A DNA stretch of 64,000 nt from Gammaproteobacteria bacterium (lineage in GTDB: Bacteria > Pseudomonadota > Gammaproteobacteria > Poriferisulfidales > GCA-002705445), in NCBI GenBank assembly GCA_018675635.1, contig JABGXU010000007.1, forward strand, positions 129,366-193,365, written 5' to 3'. The position numbers and the translations under genes are program-made. The notes under the pieces were generated by a model. It was not told the DNA's origin. It searched no databases and saw only the letters and a program-made list of their open reading frames with translations. Shown piece after piece: positions 18,924 through 27,022 of the stretch. The first letter of the stretch is position 1; each line of letters starts with the position of its first letter.

Positions 18924-19508
18924 CTAATCTAGCAACTCAAAAGCATTTATAACACTTTCAGAAACATCAACAATACGTTTATTCTTGTCCATAGCCACTT
19001 TACGCAGAGATTGATAAGCATCATCTTCACTGATGTTTTTATGCTTCATTAAAATACCTTTAGCTTTTTCAACTGTTTTACGCTCAGAGAGTTGATTGCG
19101 TGTCGCATCAAGTTCATCTTTTAGCGCTTGGAATTCTCTAAAGCGTGCCATAGCCACATCAATAATTGGCTGCACACGATTCTCTTCTAAACCGTCAACA
19201 ATATAAGCATTGACACCTGATTTAATCGCAGAGCTTGTCATTTCAGAATTAGATTCTTCAGTAAACATTACAATTGGTTTTGGTTTAGTTTTGTTTACTT
19301 CAGTTAGATTTGCAAATACTTCATCATCTGGAATATCAGAATTCACAATTACTACATCCGCATGCGTCATTTCATTACTCTCTCGCAAATTAGCGCTGCT
19401 GTCCATACGACAAATAACTTCATGACCCTTATCCTGCAAGGCACGACGTAACATTGCTGAACGACCAGTATTCTTATCTACTAAGATAATTTTTAATGCT
19501 GTATTCAT
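18924..19508 (-). CDS. response regulator with ANTAR RNA-binding output domain (AmiR/NasT family); receiver domain possibly atypical
   Basis: N-terminal CheY-like fold (ILVDKN...VVIVNSDIPDD...MFTE). C-terminal ANTAR coiled-coil/helical region (ELDATRNQLSERKTVEKAKGILMKHKNISEDDAYQSLRKVAMDKNKRI). Convergent with ureG. Confidence 0.7.
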   Translation of the reverse strand: MNTALKIILVDKNTGRSAMLRRALQDKGHEVICRMDSSANLRESNEMTHADVVIVNSDIPDDEVFANLTEVNKTKPKPIVMFTEESNSEMTSSAIKSGVNAYIVDGLEENRVQPIIDVAMARFREFQALKDELDATRNQLSERKTVEKAKGILMKHKNISEDDAYQSLRKVAMDKNKRIVDVSESVINAFELLD

Positions 19509-19632
19509 AGATGGTAATCTTACCCTTACATTAAATAAAAAACAATTATCTGTAACTACTTACCAGTGTCGTATGTCAGTTAATAAAAGATTATTGGTTA
19601 ATAAAAATGATTTCTTACTTACTTTAGATAGT

Positions 19633-20460
19633 TTAGTAAAACAAAAAATATATTCCCACCCCAATAAAACATATTCCTGGAATTACAGTAATTAATTTTT
19701 GAAAAGTTTTTTCAAATGAACTTGGTGTTAAGATTAGTTTTTCTAAGAGAACGAAAATAGTTAGTATAATTACAAAATATAAATTCATTACACCAGCTAC
19801 TAAAAGAATTGCCATCAAAAACCAACAGCAGAATACACAATAAAAACCATGGTCTAAACCCATTCGTAATGCTCCAAGATTACCATCTCGCCAATTAGAC
19901 ATTACTAACGATAGTGGAGAACGACATTTGTCTAAGCATGCATTTTTGTATGGAGTAAGTTGATAAATTCCAGCTATTATCAAAACTATTCCACTTAGGT
20001 AGTTGTTAATTGATGACATCATTGGATTCATTAAGCTTACTTGATGTAAAGGATATTGAATTACAGAAATTACAATTGAAAATAATACCCATGCTATTAA
20101 GTATCCAAAGTAAAAAATGTATGTTGGGGTATATTGTAAATTATTTTTTTGTTTAGATTTATTTACTGTAGCAAACATTAAGACTGTCGGTATGATGCTC
20201 GGACTCATCATAGCAGTCATCATAATAATCCACATTATAATTAATTGGTAAAAGTCATTAGAACCCCAATTATTATCCACTGGCGGCATCCAATATGTAT
20301 TTGGAAGCCATGTCGCGCTCATAGTATGCATGTTCATTGACATGCTAGACATATTGCTATCCATTGCGAACAAAAAATACCAGCCTGCAATAGAGATTGC
20401 TAAGATTCCAAAAATTACAATATTTTTTTGAATGCGACTTAATTGTTCCTGGCTATTCAT
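19633..20460 (-). CDS. polytopic membrane protein, DUF2182-like (predicted metal-binding integral membrane protein family)
   Basis: About 7 TM helices. Met/His-rich N-terminal stretch (MSSMSMNMHTMSATW). Recalled as the frequent genomic partner of DUF1326; assignment from memory of that family, not a search. Confidence 0.45.
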   Translation of the reverse strand: MNSQEQLSRIQKNIVIFGILAISIAGWYFLFAMDSNMSSMSMNMHTMSATWLPNTYWMPPVDNNWGSNDFYQLIIMWIIMMTAMMSPSIIPTVLMFATVNKSKQKNNLQYTPTYIFYFGYLIAWVLFSIVISVIQYPLHQVSLMNPMMSSINNYLSGIVLIIAGIYQLTPYKNACLDKCRSPLSLVMSNWRDGNLGALRMGLDHGFYCVFCCWFLMAILLVAGVMNLYFVIILTIFVLLEKLILTPSSFEKTFQKLITVIPGICFIGVGIYFLFY

Positions 20461-20727
20461 AAAATCTCCCTTTTTTATTTTTGAATGATATCGTCACTTT
20501 TCCATGAATTCAATTTATAAAAATAAGATAGTGTTTTACCAAATTTGTAAAATTTAGATTTAAGCTAGATTTTTACGTAATTTGTTAAATAAAGGAAGAA
20601 TTTTACCTATAATATTTTTAGGTTATATTTATAAATAATACTTTAATATTAATTATGTATATGATTTTTATAGAATTTTTAACATAAAGCAAAAAATCTC
20701 TAAGATTCCTTAATTAATTGACTTTTA

Positions 20728-20760
20728 CCGCTAGGAAGGTAAAAATGACTACAACAAAAG
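20728..20760 (+). promoter_or_regulatory. sigma70-like promoter (TTGACT-16-TAAAAA) upstream of the DUF1326 gene
   Basis: Read directly. It is followed by a mini-ORF (MTTTKGF*) with an AGGAAGG SD and a 10-bp perfect inverted repeat (actacaacaa ... ttgttgtagt) in the leader. Confidence 0.3.
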
Positions 20761-20851
20761 GGTTTTAAAAAAATTCCGGGAAAAGTTGTTGTAGTTGCGG
20801 TCTTTATCACAGCTACTGCGATTAACCCTAAAAAAAAATGAGGGGGAAGCA

Positions 20852-21472
20852 ATGTCAGACAAGTGGAGTGTAAAAGGTAATTATTTTGAGTCATGTAACT
20901 GTGACTTAGTTTGTCCATGTATATTTTTAGAGCCACCAACCGAAGGTTTTTGTGAGGCTCAAGTTGGGTGGTCTATAGATGAAGGAAATCTTGACGGAGT
21001 AGATTTAAGCGGCAGAAAAGTTGCTGCATGGTTGCATGCTCCATGTAAAGGCGACACTGGAAACTTAACTGACGGTGGTTGGTCATTAGCTCTGTATGTT
21101 GATGATGGTGCTTCAGATGAACAGTTCAATGCTATATGTGAATTGTGGAGTGGAAATCATGGTGGGCATTTAGCAGTTATTGCTAGTTTAGTTGGAGAAG
21201 TAATAAGTGCTGAAAAAGCACCTATCACAATAGAAGATTCTAGTGAGAAAAAATTACTTACAATTGGCGACGTAGGTCGTAATGAAATGGTAGCAGTAAC
21301 AGGTGCAGATGGTGGTGCTGTTACGGTTAGCAACATGCCTTTGGCAGTTGCTCCTCCATTTGATATACAAGTATTTAAATCTGTTAAGAATACGTATACA
21401 GGAAATGGTAAAAACTTTTCTCAAACTGGAAAGGTTGGTTTGGCATCTCCATTTGCATACGGTCCTAACTAA
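20852..21472 (+). CDS. DUF1326-family protein (Cys-rich N-terminus WxxKGNYFESCNCDLVCPC)
   Basis: Start at 20852 is preceded by the SD agggggaag. The N-terminal CNC...CPC motif is as I recall for DUF1326. Divergent from the DUF2182-like gene. Confidence 0.55.
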   Translation: MSDKWSVKGNYFESCNCDLVCPCIFLEPPTEGFCEAQVGWSIDEGNLDGVDLSGRKVAAWLHAPCKGDTGNLTDGGWSLALYVDDGASDEQFNAICELWSGNHGGHLAVIASLVGEVISAEKAPITIEDSSEKKLLTIGDVGRNEMVAVTGADGGAVTVSNMPLAVAPPFDIQVFKSVKNTYTGNGKNFSQTGKVGLASPFAYGPN

Positions 21473-21477
21473 ATAGA

Positions 21478-21498
21478 ATAATAATAATAATAATAATA
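21478..21498. repeat. (aat)7 microsatellite
   Basis: aataataataataataataat read directly in the spacer after the DUF1326 gene. Confidence 0.6.
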
Positions 21499-21514
21499 TA
21501 TATGTTGAGCTCTT

Positions 21515-21542
21515 AAGGTCGCTTTTGCGGCCTTCGTTTTTT
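21515..21542 (+). terminator. rho-independent terminator (aaggtcgc-tttt-gcggcctt, then cgtttttt)
   Basis: 8-bp stem (one G.U), 4-nt loop, U-tract. Lies after the DUF1326 gene and before msrA. Confidence 0.6.
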
Positions 21543-21572
21543 ATAACAGATTTTATTTTACCTCATATAGAT

Positions 21573-22187
21573 ATGGTTAAAATTACTAGAGAAAATGCAC
21601 TACCTGATAAAGATTCTGAAATTTCAGTGAGCAAATATCATTTGGTTAATAATAGAGAGATAAAAAGTTCTTATCCTGATAATTCGGTAGAAGTATTTTT
21701 TGGTCTTGGTTGTTTCTGGGGAGCTGAAAGATTATTTTGGAATTTGCCATATGTTCATATAACTTCAGTTGGATATGGGGGTGGTTTTACAAGAAACCCT
21801 ACATATCAAGACTTATGCTCAGGTATGACGGGGCACGCAGAATTAGTAAAGGTTGTTTTTATATATCGCGAAGATAATTTTTTAGATTTATTAAAAGTAT
21901 TTTGGGAAAATCATGATCCTACACAAGGTATGCGACAAGGTAATGATATAGGAATTCAGTATCGTTCATGTATATATATAAATGATAATAATCTTTTTAA
22001 AATTGCTAGCGATTCAAAAAATATATATGGAAAAATATTAAAGGAACAGACTGGCAAGATAATAACAACTGAAATTAAATTAAACGAAATATTTTATTAT
22101 GCTGAAGATTACCACCAGCAATATTTAGAAAAAAACCCTTCTGGGTATTGTGGTTTAAGCGGAACGGGGATAAATTTTGTTTTTTAA
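21573..22187 (+). CDS. msrA: peptide methionine sulfoxide reductase MsrA
   Basis: GLGCFWGAE active-site motif. Start chosen downstream of the terminator (ATG at 21573); ORF-track start 21525 would include the terminator. Confidence 0.9.
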   Translation: MVKITRENALPDKDSEISVSKYHLVNNREIKSSYPDNSVEVFFGLGCFWGAERLFWNLPYVHITSVGYGGGFTRNPTYQDLCSGMTGHAELVKVVFIYREDNFLDLLKVFWENHDPTQGMRQGNDIGIQYRSCIYINDNNLFKIASDSKNIYGKILKEQTGKIITTEIKLNEIFYYAEDYHQQYLEKNPSGYCGLSGTGINFVF

Positions 22188-22190
22188 ATT

Positions 22191-22403
22191 TTATGGAAAC
22201 TTAAAACCATCTTGACTGTCCTCTGATTTTTCTGGCCAGTATGTTTTCTCATTATTTTCATCAATTAGTTTTTCACATTCTTTAATTGCTTTACCATAGG
22301 TCATTTTAGTATCAAATTTTCCTTGATCTATATGATTTAATTTATGTTTCCAAGCAATTATATATCCTTCTTCATCATTCCTTTTTATTAAATTGTCTGT
22401 CAT
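22191..22403 (-). CDS. hypothetical small protein (70 aa)
   Basis: ORF with SD (agggg) before MTDNLIKRN. No recognised domain. Confidence 0.35.
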   Translation of the reverse strand: MTDNLIKRNDEEGYIIAWKHKLNHIDQGKFDTKMTYGKAIKECEKLIDENNEKTYWPEKSEDSQDGFKFP

Positions 22404-22471
22404 TTTTACCCCTAATTGATATATCATTATACAATTGGTAATTATAAACGGAATTGTAAATCGTATCTAGT

Positions 22472-23071
22472 ATGAATTTAACAAAAGACAGTATTAATAA
22501 AGACCCCATAAAACAGTTTAGTTTATGGTTAGATGATGCTAAAAAATTAGATCTTAAAGATCCTAATGCTATGAACTTGGCGTCATCAACTAAAGATGGT
22601 GTTCCATCATCGCGAATGCTGCTTTTAAAATCATTTGATAAAAAAGGATTTGTGTTTTATACAAATTACGATAGTAGAAAATCAAACGAGATTCTTCAGA
22701 ATCCATTGGTCGCGTTAAACTTTTTTTGGGATGCTTTAGAGCGACAAGTTAGAGTTGAGGGTAAAATAGAGAAAGCAGATAAAGTAATATCTGACAAATA
22801 TTTTAATTCAAGGTCGAGGCTAAGTCAGTTAAGCGCGCATGCTTCTAAACAAAGTCAAGTTATCAAAAATTATGACGAGCTTACTGACAAGTTAAATTCT
22901 TTGGAGGAAAAATTTAAAGACCAAGATATTCCTCGACCGGACCATTGGGGAGGATTTATTGTAATCCCAGAAACTATTGAATTTTGGCAAGGGCATGATG
23001 GAAGACTGCATGATAGGTTAAAATTTAAAAAAGAACATAGCGGTTGGATTATTAATAGATTATCTCCATAA
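22472..23071 (+). CDS. pdxH: pyridoxamine 5'-phosphate oxidase
   Basis: FMN-binding split-barrel sequence. C-terminal EFWQGHDGRLHDRLKF resembles PdxH. Confidence 0.8.
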   Translation: MNLTKDSINKDPIKQFSLWLDDAKKLDLKDPNAMNLASSTKDGVPSSRMLLLKSFDKKGFVFYTNYDSRKSNEILQNPLVALNFFWDALERQVRVEGKIEKADKVISDKYFNSRSRLSQLSAHASKQSQVIKNYDELTDKLNSLEEKFKDQDIPRPDHWGGFIVIPETIEFWQGHDGRLHDRLKFKKEHSGWIINRLSP

Positions 23072-23135
23072 ATTTTTGTTTTTATTTAAAATATTTCCTC
23101 TTTACATATTAATTATACAGTCCTATTATTAATTA

Positions 23136-24995
23136 ATGATAAGAATATACTCATTTATTTTATTATTTTTTGCAAATATAAATTTTGCAAGTGCCGATAT
23201 TTTTAATGACATAAAAAATATTTTGGCTGATAAAAGCATCCCAAGTTGTCAAAACAATAGATATAGTCATAGATGTTCAATTAAGTATGATACTGGAGAC
23301 AAATATGTAGGTGGGTGGGATGGCTCATATCTTACTGGAAAAGGGCATTATAAATGGAAAAGTGGTGAAATATACTCTGGTGAATGGAGACTCACGAAAA
23401 GGCATGGTGAGGGTATTAATTATTATCCAAATGGAGAAATTGCTAGAGGCAAATTTGTAGATGACAAACTGACAGGTTTTGCAACATATATATGGGTGAA
23501 CGGCGATAAGGCGATTGGAAATTTTAAGGATTTTAAATTACATGGTTTTGCAACATACACATTTGCTAATAGTGAACAACAGATCGGATATTATAAAAAT
23601 GGAAAAAGAGAAGGTAAATTTCAAATTATTTCTTCTACAGGAGAAGATTTTATTGGATGGTACGAAAATGATATTTTAGTTAAATCAAATGCTTCATCAG
23701 ATAAAAGCAAAAACTTAAATCAATCATCCGGTTCAACAAATCAGTGTAGCAACAAAGAACACTATGATAATTGTTTTACAAAACATAAATTTGAGAACGG
23801 AGATATTTATGAGGGGTACTGGAAAAAAGATAAAAGAACTGGTCAAGGGAAATACATCTGGGCAAGTGGTGAAACGTATACTGGAGAATTTAAGAATGAC
23901 TCTAGGCATGGCCAAGGCGTAAATATTTGGCCGAATGGAGATAAGTATAGTGGTGAATGGCTAGAAGATATGAAACATGGCCAAGGCACATATACATATA
24001 TATCTGGAGATAAGTATAGTGGTGAATGGATAAAAGATAATATGCACGGACACGGAACATATTATTATATTAACGGCAGTATTTACACTGGAGATAATAA
24101 AAATGATTTGGCAAATGGCTTCGGTAAGTTTACTAAAAAAAGTGGCTTCGAATATATAGGTGAGTTTAAAGATGATAAAATGCATGGTAAAGGAAAAGCC
24201 ACATTCCCTGACGGTACTGTTAAAGAAGGTGTTTTTGAAGATGATATGTTTAAAGGAGAGACAATTACTGACGTCGCAAAAAGGAATAAAAAACATAATG
24301 ACGAAGATAAAAAATTGATACCAATTTCATATGGCTCAGCTTTTTTTATAAATTCAGATGGTTATGCAATTACAAATAATCATGTCATCGATGGTGAATG
24401 CCAAGAAATTCAGGGTTTAACCAAGGAAAAGAAATTCGTTTTTAAAATATTGGCGACTGATGAGCAAAATGATATAGCTATTCTAAAAACTAAAAATAAA
24501 AAAAATGATTATTTCATTAGAATAGAGGATCAATCAAAACTTGGCGAAGATGTTATTGTGGGGGGATTTCCGATATCAGACAGCATTCAAAATCATAATA
24601 TAAAAATTACTAAGGGAATTGTTAGTGCGAAATCAGGTGTAAAAAATAATTTCTCAGAAATTCAGATTGACGCATCAATACAAGGAGGAAACAGTGGTGG
24701 ACCAGTTGTAAATTCTGAAGGAAAGTTGGTGGGTGTAACTACATACAGCATTGTTAGTACTACTGATGACGTAAAATCAGGCAACATAATAACAAATATG
24801 AACTTTGCTAAAAAATCGAGCTTAGTTAAAGAAATGCTCTCAAGTTATGAAATTAAATACAACGAATTCACTTTATGGGAAAGAACACCTGATAATACCA
24901 GTGAAGTAGCAAAGTTATTGTCAAATACAACGTCACAAATATATTGCCTCAATACTGCGCAAAAATGGGAAAAACTATTAAAAAAACAAAAATAA
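23136..24995 (+). CDS. secreted MORN-repeat protein fused to a trypsin-like (S1) serine peptidase domain
   Basis: Signal peptide, then two blocks of MORN repeats (Y.G.W..GK.HG.G), about 11 in total. C-terminal peptidase domain with an H/D/S triad (TNNHVIDG, DIAILK, GGNSGGPVV). Confidence 0.75.
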   Translation: MIRIYSFILLFFANINFASADIFNDIKNILADKSIPSCQNNRYSHRCSIKYDTGDKYVGGWDGSYLTGKGHYKWKSGEIYSGEWRLTKRHGEGINYYPNGEIARGKFVDDKLTGFATYIWVNGDKAIGNFKDFKLHGFATYTFANSEQQIGYYKNGKREGKFQIISSTGEDFIGWYENDILVKSNASSDKSKNLNQSSGSTNQCSNKEHYDNCFTKHKFENGDIYEGYWKKDKRTGQGKYIWASGETYTGEFKNDSRHGQGVNIWPNGDKYSGEWLEDMKHGQGTYTYISGDKYSGEWIKDNMHGHGTYYYINGSIYTGDNKNDLANGFGKFTKKSGFEYIGEFKDDKMHGKGKATFPDGTVKEGVFEDDMFKGETITDVAKRNKKHNDEDKKLIPISYGSAFFINSDGYAITNNHVIDGECQEIQGLTKEKKFVFKILATDEQNDIAILKTKNKKNDYFIRIEDQSKLGEDVIVGGFPISDSIQNHNIKITKGIVSAKSGVKNNFSEIQIDASIQGGNSGGPVVNSEGKLVGVTTYSIVSTTDDVKSGNIITNMNFAKKSSLVKEMLSSYEIKYNEFTLWERTPDNTSEVAKLLSNTTSQIYCLNTAQKWEKLLKKQK

Positions 24996-25090
24996 AATTT
25001 TAATTCTTTCTTTAAGATAAAAAATGAAATAAAGTTATAAAAGATTAAAGTCATAAAAAAAAGTAAATCTTACACAAGGAGTATAATCAA

Positions 25091-25438
25091 TTGAGCCAGA
25101 ACCAAAAGTATAAAATATCTAATATAGTAACTGAGAATTATGAACCATTCATGATTGGGGATAAACAAGCTGGAGAAGTTCACTGGTTGGGCACTACTAA
25201 TTCAGATGGTCAGGCAACATATTCAGGCCTATGGCGATGTGAGCCAATGAAGTTTGATTATGAATTCCCTGGTGATGAGTATATTCATGTTTTAGCAGGA
25301 AGTCTGTTAATTGAAACTTCAGCTGGTAATAACTACGAATTAAACAAGGGAGATATAGTTTGTTTTGATAAAGGCATTAAATCAGTATGGACCATAACAA
25401 GTTCTTTTAAAAAGTTTTTTGTAATAGATAATTGTTAA
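25091..25438 (+). CDS. cupin-fold protein (cupin_3/DUF861-like)
   Basis: TTG start with strong SD (aaggag, 7 nt upstream). Cupin motif region HVLAGSLLIETSAGNNYELNKGDIVCFDKG. Confidence 0.55.
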   Translation: MSQNQKYKISNIVTENYEPFMIGDKQAGEVHWLGTTNSDGQATYSGLWRCEPMKFDYEFPGDEYIHVLAGSLLIETSAGNNYELNKGDIVCFDKGIKSVWTITSSFKKFFVIDNC

Positions 25439-25446
25439 TAAATTTA

Positions 25447-26823
25447 TTAGGGATTACTTGCAGGTTTAAATTTATTTAAAATTATAAAGCTTTTTGGATC
25501 ATTCCAATTTTTACTGTCTTCAGTTAGCAAAACAATTTTTCCATCGTTAAGCTCAATAATGTCTCTTATGCGGTGACCAATAGTAATATTTTCTATAGTT
25601 ATGACGTTATAATTATTAAGGTGTAGTCTATACAGTACAGTATTTTGTAGAGTAGAAACTATAAGATCATTTTTCCAGTAATCAAAATGATCTTTTTCTA
25701 TTTGAATAAGATTAGATATTCCTATTGAAGGAACCCAACTCATTATTGGTTTTTCATACCCTGAGTGTGTTCTGTCACTTTTATCAAAAACCCAACGATG
25801 TGCTTTTACATCGTAATTAACACCAAATGTTCTGAGCGGCCATCCATAATTTTTATTTTCTTTGATAATATTAACTTCATCGCCCCCATATGGACCATGT
25901 TCAGTTTCAAAAATTACTTTATCCTTATTTATAAATAAACCCTGTGGATTTCTATGTCCAAGTGAAAATATTTTATTATCTTTATTAAAAATATTAACTT
26001 TTATAACTTTCCCATATGAATTTGACATATCTTGAACTAAATCAGGAGAAGAGAGACCGTTATTTTCTAAATCACCAGTTGTCAATAGTACCGAGTCATT
26101 ATCATACTGCTGTACTTTACCACCTGAGGATATAGTATTATAAACTGCTCCTGGATCTGTTTTACCGCCATGCCTAAATTTTAAGCATGGTGTTGAATCA
26201 AAAATATTTTCCCACTTACTTGTTGTAAAACTATTTTTATCATTGATAACTTCGCTTTTGTATAAAGAGATAGTTTGACAATTATTAGCTATATTAAATT
26301 TAAAAGTGCTAGCTACTATATAGTTTTTTTTGTTATTTTTAAAAACTACAAGGCCTTTTACCGCAAACCCTTGAATTAGTGCTTCATTATCATGCATTTC
26401 GTCGAATTCTTTTTTATTTATGTTTAATGCAGGCGAAGATGTTTTTAGTAGCTGACTATTTTTTGCATCTTTTTCATCTATGTTAAATAGAAATAATTTT
26501 CCAAATGCATCCATAAAAATAAAAGTATCTTTGTAAGCGGCTATAGCTCCGTATCTGTGTGAAGAAGGGAGTTCAAATCTTTTAGCTTCTATTGAATTAT
26601 GAGCACTATGTATTGTTGAGGTTTCTATGTATTGAGGATAAGATTTTAATATTGATAGATCAATTTCATATTTTTGAGATGAATTATGACTTCCTCCGGG
26701 AATAATACTAGAAACAAAATTTATACAATACGTATTACCTATACAGCTTTTATAGGCATAATATGTTGATATTATTCCTAGCAGTACTATTACAATAATT
26801 TTTTTTTTGTGATTCTTAAACAT
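25447..26823 (-). CDS. PQQ-dependent (soluble-aldose/sorbosone-type) sugar dehydrogenase homologue with N-terminal membrane anchor
   Basis: Signature block LGHRNPQGL...EHGPYGGDEVN.I....NYGWP, typical of the YliI/sGDH beta-propeller family. Confidence 0.7.
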   Translation of the reverse strand: MFKNHKKKIIVIVLLGIISTYYAYKSCIGNTYCINFVSSIIPGGSHNSSQKYEIDLSILKSYPQYIETSTIHSAHNSIEAKRFELPSSHRYGAIAAYKDTFIFMDAFGKLFLFNIDEKDAKNSQLLKTSSPALNINKKEFDEMHDNEALIQGFAVKGLVVFKNNKKNYIVASTFKFNIANNCQTISLYKSEVINDKNSFTTSKWENIFDSTPCLKFRHGGKTDPGAVYNTISSGGKVQQYDNDSVLLTTGDLENNGLSSPDLVQDMSNSYGKVIKVNIFNKDNKIFSLGHRNPQGLFINKDKVIFETEHGPYGGDEVNIIKENKNYGWPLRTFGVNYDVKAHRWVFDKSDRTHSGYEKPIMSWVPSIGISNLIQIEKDHFDYWKNDLIVSTLQNTVLYRLHLNNYNVITIENITIGHRIRDIIELNDGKIVLLTEDSKNWNDPKSFIILNKFKPASNP

Positions 26824-27022
26824 AAATGTATTTTAAAATGCATATTGCATTCTCATTTGAATGCTGTTTTTATTAGATTGATTATTTTCAAAATATTCGT
26901 TACTTAAATCAATTTTGACATAATTTACCATAAATTTTATGCTTTTGTTAAGGTGCTAGTTTACGCCAAAGACAAAATTATCTTACCATATTGTGTGCGA
27001 ATATTAAAAGCTGTGACAGCAA

